Positions 58,449-64,000 of a stretch of DNA of 64,000 bases are shown one piece after another. Each line of letters opens with the position of its first letter. Within the stretch, counting starts at the first letter, position 1. A model generated the notes under the pieces. That model saw only the letters and a program-made list of their open reading frames with translations. It searched no databases and had not been told where the DNA came from. The DNA comes from Octopus vulgaris (lineage: Eukaryota), in contig OX597827.1 of assembly GCA_951406725.2 (NCBI GenBank), forward strand, positions 35,650,001-35,714,000, in the 5' to 3' direction. A program made the position numbers and the translations under genes.

Positions 58449-59113
58449 ATTTTCGATCTCCTAATCTGTTTTAATATATATAGGAAAATTTGTTGTTGAA
58501 AATGCATCTGAATTTTAAAAATTTGTAATTGCTTCTAAATAAATTTATTTACTAACATGCCAAATTAGTTTCAACAATATTTTTTGTTTGTGAATGGTAA
58601 AAATTTTAAAAACATGTTTAAAAGATTCAATAGATTCAATAATATCAAATATGATTTACAACATTCAATAATATAAAAAATGTGGATCATCTTGTTTAAA
58701 TGCACAAAATTCCATCGTGTAAGAAGTGATCGATAAGAAATGTGGATCACCAAATGTTTGGTCATACTAAGTTAAGAGGGAGAAATGAAGATAATAAAAA
58801 AGGGGTTTTGTTAGTTTCTATGATTCTTTTTCCGTCGTGTGTAGTGATTTTTGCTTGTAACGGCTTTTTTTTGTTAATCCAGTGTATTTATAATGTATTT
58901 ACGTGAACGGATCTGATTTTAATTCGTTGATGACGTCTTATTTTTCTGGTTGTCACGCCTGTCGTTCTGCCTGGTTGACCTCCATGTGGGAACGGTTATC
59001 ATCCGTTCCTTATGGTTGCTTCTCTTAAAGTGTGTTTCTTTGTATTTACTGAATTGGAGATAAAATATCATTGGTGACGTCAGCAACTAGTGTTTGTATG
59101 GTGTTATACATAT

Positions 59114-60260
59114 TGTTACGGTTGGCTAAGTGCATTTCGGGTTTAATTAGTGTAGTATTTCTGGTGACCCACATAGGGATATGGTTCCAGTATGTCTGGT
59201 GAAAATGTGACAGTCTTTTGTCTAATGGAGGACTAATGGGTTTTGGAATGACCTGTGACCTCGTGCGGCTGAGAAGAGGGTCAGTGAGAAGTGAAAGAAA
59301 AGGGACAGATTAAGGGCTGAGAGCAAATAGAGATAGGGTATAAGCAGTAGGGGACGGATGGAGAGGCTAAGAGACAGCAGGCGATATAGATAGAGTAAGG
59401 AATCAGATAGCAAATAGAAAGGCTAAGAGACAGCAGGCGATATAGAGAGAGTATAGGGACCAGGGCAGTTAGAAAGGGTAGGAGCGATATAGACAGAGAG
59501 AGATGAGGCAGTTGGGAGTTGGTCGTCAGGAAGGACGGATCTGGGCAGTCGTTGAGCGGTCGTCGAGGAACACGGACGGACTCTGGAGGTCAGAGCGAGT
59601 GGATGGAACCTTGGATTTAAGGAGCAAGCGTTGGAATTCCTGGGAGCGAGCTGGGATGCGAGGAGGCCTAGGAGCGAGCGATTGGAATATGCACAGAGGG
59701 GAATTAGCAGAGTATTCAGAGGATTTAGCAGGATTGAGAGGAATGGGACACTGGCAGATTCAATTAGGAACTGAGGTATGTGATTTGTGTATTGAACAGT
59801 CAAGGACTCTGTCGATGTGGTCGATAAAGGACATTGTGAAGAAGAAGAGTAAAGGACTTGTTATTTGTGATGTTTAGAAAAAGAGACTTTAGAGAACTGT
59901 GTCTTCGGACGTGTACCTTTGAAATACTGTATATGACTTGTTGCGTCTCCGGACTGATATATTGTTACATGATGTTGTATTATGTATTGAGTAGTCACGT
60001 GCATGCTTTGATGTATCTTGATGTTGTAACATTGTAATTGCCGTATAAACTGTTGTTTGAATATAAGCCAGTGTTGCCAGTTGTTGCCTTGCCTCTTTGG
60101 GTTGTATCTCGGGTTGTGCCTCTGTATCTCTGTGCTGTTGAGGTTGTGGCAGTATCTATCTGTATCTCCTCTCTCCGCCTCTTTGGATTCCGTGGCGGAA
60201 CTTGTGTGAGCCGTTCGGGACGAGCGACGACGGCGGGCGATTCCAGTCCGTTTCGTAACA
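59114..60260. mobile_element. Solo LTR (Gypsy-like)
   Basis: Termini TGTTACG...CGTAACA, ATAT on both flanks, GC-richer interior. Confidence 0.75.
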
Positions 60261-60289
60261 ATATATATACATACATATACATATATATA

Positions 60290-61478
60290 TAACGGGAAGC
60301 TTTATGAAAATAGACAAAAGACGAAGGCAGGTGGAAAACAAACGAACAATTGTATTAGTATGGCGCTCAGGAAATATAAATAAAACAAGTCTTTAACGTT
60401 TCGAGCCTACGCTCTTCAACAGAAAGATACACAGAGAGAAAAAAACACAGAAAGAAGGAGAGAAAAAAATGCGTGCAGTAGCTAACGAATCAACATGGCG
60501 ATCTGATTTCGGCCAGAGGTCAAAGATCAAACATGAGACGCGAGAGCGAAATAAGGGGAGATAATAGGGTTGATAATATGGTTGAAGGACCAGCTAATAG
60601 TGCGTAGGAGGGGTCTGGACGTGTGTATGTATAGGGTTGGTGTATGTATTAGTATGTATAAGGGTGTGTGTGTGTGTGTGTGTGTGTATGAGAGAGTATT
60701 AGTGCGTAGGATTGGTGTGGACGTGCTTATGTATGGGGTTGGTGTATGTATTAGTATGTATTAGTACGTATTAGTATGTATAAGTGTGTGTGTGTGTATG
60801 AGAGAGTATAAGTGCGTATGAGGGGTCTGGACGTATGTATGTATAGGGTTGGTGTATGTATTAGTATGTATTAGTTGGTGTATGTATTAGTATGGCACAT
60901 CATATATGATGTGATGTGTGAAGTCGTGTGGTGTAGTGAGGAGAAGGGGGAGGAGAGGGGGAAAGAGGAGAGGAGTGAGGAGAGAGAGGAGGGGGGAAGG
61001 AAGGGGAGGAGGGGGAGGAAAGAGGGAGAGGGGGAGTGAGGGAGCAGAGGGAAGGGGAGTAGGGGTGAAAGGATGAAGGACTGAAGAAGTAGGGGTCGGG
61101 GGGAAAGGATATGTGAGGAGGGGGAGAGGGGGTTAGATGAGGAGGGGGGAGAGTTGAGACCAAATGGCGTATAAGAGCGAAGAGAGAAGATTAATTCTTG
61201 TTCACGGCGCAAACGGGAATCCGGATGGCCTCTGTGTAAGGACAAACCGAACACAGATAGGTGTTGCAAGGAGTGACCGGTGGAGCGGAAATGGCGTGAG
61301 ACCGGTGTGTCGTTCGCAAGGTGGATGTCACGAAGGTGTTCCGCGAACCGGTCAGCCAAGCGGCGTCCCGTTTGTCCGATGTACAAGTAATTGCAGAGAG
61401 AGCAAGAGATGCAATAGATAATATTGCTGGAAGTGCAGATGAAGGAGTCGATGATGGGATAGGGTCGATGGTGGGTGC
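60290..61478 (-). mobile_element. Neptune-type PLE 3' end (GIY-YIG and terminal region)
   Basis: [38 protein letters not shown]...PVSRHF...[21 protein letters not shown]. Confidence 0.9.
60390..60427 (-). ncRNA. Minimal hammerhead variant (A6U)
   Basis: Minus strand: tcttt CTGTTGA a gagc-gtag-gctc GAAA CG TT aaaga; perfect stems I and II. Confidence 0.65.
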
Positions 61479-61650
61479 TATACATATATATATACATACA
61501 TATACATATATATATATACATATACATATATATACATATATATACATATATATATACATATATATATATATACATATATATATACATATATATATATACA
61601 TACATATACATATATATATATACATATATATACATATATATACATATATG

Positions 61651-61682
<32 letters not shown>

Positions 61683-61761
61683 CATATGTATGTATATACA
61701 TATATATATATACATATATATATACATATATACACACATATACATACATATATATGCATAC

Positions 61762-61793
<32 letters not shown>

Positions 61794-61794
61794 G

Positions 61795-61835
<41 letters not shown>

Positions 61836-61889
61836 GTATACATACATATATATACATACATATGTATACACATACATATATATACATAC

Positions 61890-63750
61890 ATAAGTCCAAA
61901 TCACCATACATGGTGATTTGGACTTATGGCTTCGAAACCCGCGAGGAAGACTGTTAAGTTTTTCGAATTATATCTGTTGTATCTGGGAATCTTTTTTATG
62001 AAGAAATTGGGTCTTTTTTTGTGGAGTAATTGGGTCTCTTTTCCTTTTTCTTTTTCGTGTTTTTTCTTCTTTCTAAATGATATTCAGCTGTGGTTTATAT
62101 GAGTGTGCTTTCCTTATTCAAACGGAATTGGGTTGAAGTGTTTCCGGTTCACTGATAGAGAGAAAAGATATGATATTTCGGGTTTATGTTTGCGGGGCAT
62201 TGGTCTAGGTGTTTGCGTACGGGAATTTTCCTGATCGTGAGGTCCTGGATTTGTTGCCTGTGTAACCGTCAGTTTGTCACTCACGGTCAAACTAGTTTGA
62301 CCTATGTAGTTTCCATCACACCCTCCACATTTGAGAACATAGATTAAGTTCTTCGATGCACAGATGAAGTGATTTTTTATAGTAAAAGTTTGACCTGGCT
62401 TACATTTGTATGTTGAACCCTCTAAGAGGAAGATGCAAGTTTTGCAGTTAAAGCGGTTGCACTTTTTGACAAGCGGGGCTGTATTTTTGCTGGGTAATTT
62501 GGCGCTGATGAGTAACTTTTTTAGGGATTGCAGTTGTCTCTTGGTTTTAATAATCTTGTGTGTTTCCAGTGTCTTTTTCATTCGCAGATCGTTCATAAGG
62601 TGGATGATGTTTTGGTGGATGATGTTGTATGCTTCCATGTTCCTCGGATTGTGTCGATACGTAAGATAAAGTTTTAAGCGTGTAATGGGATTTTCTTGTT
62701 TACAGTAACTCTTGGATGTCTATCATTTTTGCACGTTCTATTCCGCTTTTGATTAAACTGGACAAATATTTTCTATCTTGTAATGTTTTTAAGTTATTGG
62801 AGTCGCTTTTCTCGAGGTTCGGGATTTGATGCGATCGTGCAAATTCTTCTTGCTAACTTGAACGGTATATTTATTTTAGTATGTTTTGGGTGGCAGGAGG
62901 AGAGCAAAAGATATTGTTTTGAATCCGTTGGTTTGAAGATGATGTCGGTTTCAATTTCAGTATCTCATTTTACGATTAAGATATCCAGAGAGGGTAACTG
63001 TTTGTGGCTGTATTCTATTGTGAACTGGATACTGTGGTTAATGCTGTTGATTAAGTCTTTAAATTCTGAGAGTTGCTCGAGGTTATATAGCCACAGAATG
63101 AAACAGTTATCCAGGTAGCGTCTCCAGCTAGTGAGTAAGTATTTTTGGAAGTTGTCTCCAAATATCAGTCAAATGTGCTCGTATATTTGCACTTTTAAGT
63201 ATGTCATGACAACAAACAACTGGAACGGCTGATGACTGTTTTCCACAGGGAAGTCAACTAGGCAAAACAACAAACTTGACTACCAGAAAAATAAGATGCC
63301 ATCAGAATTTCAACGAATCAAAAATCGGATCCGTTCACGGAAAAAAATTATAACTACATTGGAGTAAAAAGAAAACGCCGTTACAGGCAAAATCCTTGTA
63401 CACGACGAAAAAGAATCGCAGAAACTAACAAAAACCTTTTTTACTATCTTCATTTCACCTTTGTTTTTCTCACTCTTAACTCAGTATGACCGAACCTTTG
63501 GTGAACCACTTTTCTTACACTATTGAATTTTGCGCATTTAAACAAGATGATCCACATTTTTTATATTATCGAATGTTGTAAATCATATTTAATATTATTG
63601 AATCTTTTAAACATATTTTTCGCAATTTAAAGTTTTTACCATTGATAAACAAAAAATATTGTTGAAACTAGATGGTATGTGTGTAAATAAATTTATTTAA
63701 AAGCAAGTAGAAGTTTTTAAAATTGATGTGCATTTTCAACAACAAATTTT

Positions 63751-63755
<5 letters not shown>
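61890..63755 (-). mobile_element. Decayed Neptune-type PLE (RT thumb region and GIY-YIG)
   Basis: Minus strand: WRRYLDNCFILW...IQFTIE...KPTDSKQYL..SSCHPKHTKINIPFKLARRI; CNRFNCKTC...FICASKNLIYVLKCGGCDGNYIGQT. Confidence 0.88.
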
Positions 63756-63824
<69 letters not shown>

Positions 63825-63825
63825 A

Positions 63826-63863
<38 letters not shown>

Positions 63864-64000
63864 ATTATATGTATATATATATATTCAAATTATATGTATA
63901 TATATATATAATCAAGTTATATGTAAACTTTTTGTAAAGGTTTCTACCGATAATGGTTCTCTTTCCATACCGAAACTACTTGGTAAAATTTATTAATTAT

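Overview
AT-rich, repeat-dense animal genomic DNA. The SINE families, long (TA)n/(CA)n tracts and the C2H2 gene style suggest an octopus or other cephalopod; this is inferred, not checked against a database. The only intact host gene seen is an exon encoding 8 C2H2 zinc fingers (2729-3448). The rest is mostly decayed mobile DNA: Tigger/pogo, maT- and Tc1-type mariners, hAT/hATm, Merlin (IS1595-like) plus a MITE, Helitrons, a Gypsy remnant and solo LTR, a CR1/L2-like LINE, two tRNA-derived SINE families, and many Penelope-like element (PLE) fragments. A 5.6-7.3 kb tandem segmental duplication spans about 38860-52720. The strongest non-coding signal is about 16 minimal type-I hammerhead ribozyme motifs (stem I-CUGANGA-stem II-GAAA-short, often palindromic stem III-NUH-stem I'), some intact and some with core variants. 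They sit in PLE termini next to (TA)n tracts, and one follows a tRNA-like Pol III head. Also notable are a 3' tail shared by a SINE and the LINE, a fold-back Merlin with two 3' halves, and several long palindromes. Most ORFs in the track are microsatellite artefacts. Coordinates were read by eye and may be a few bases off.
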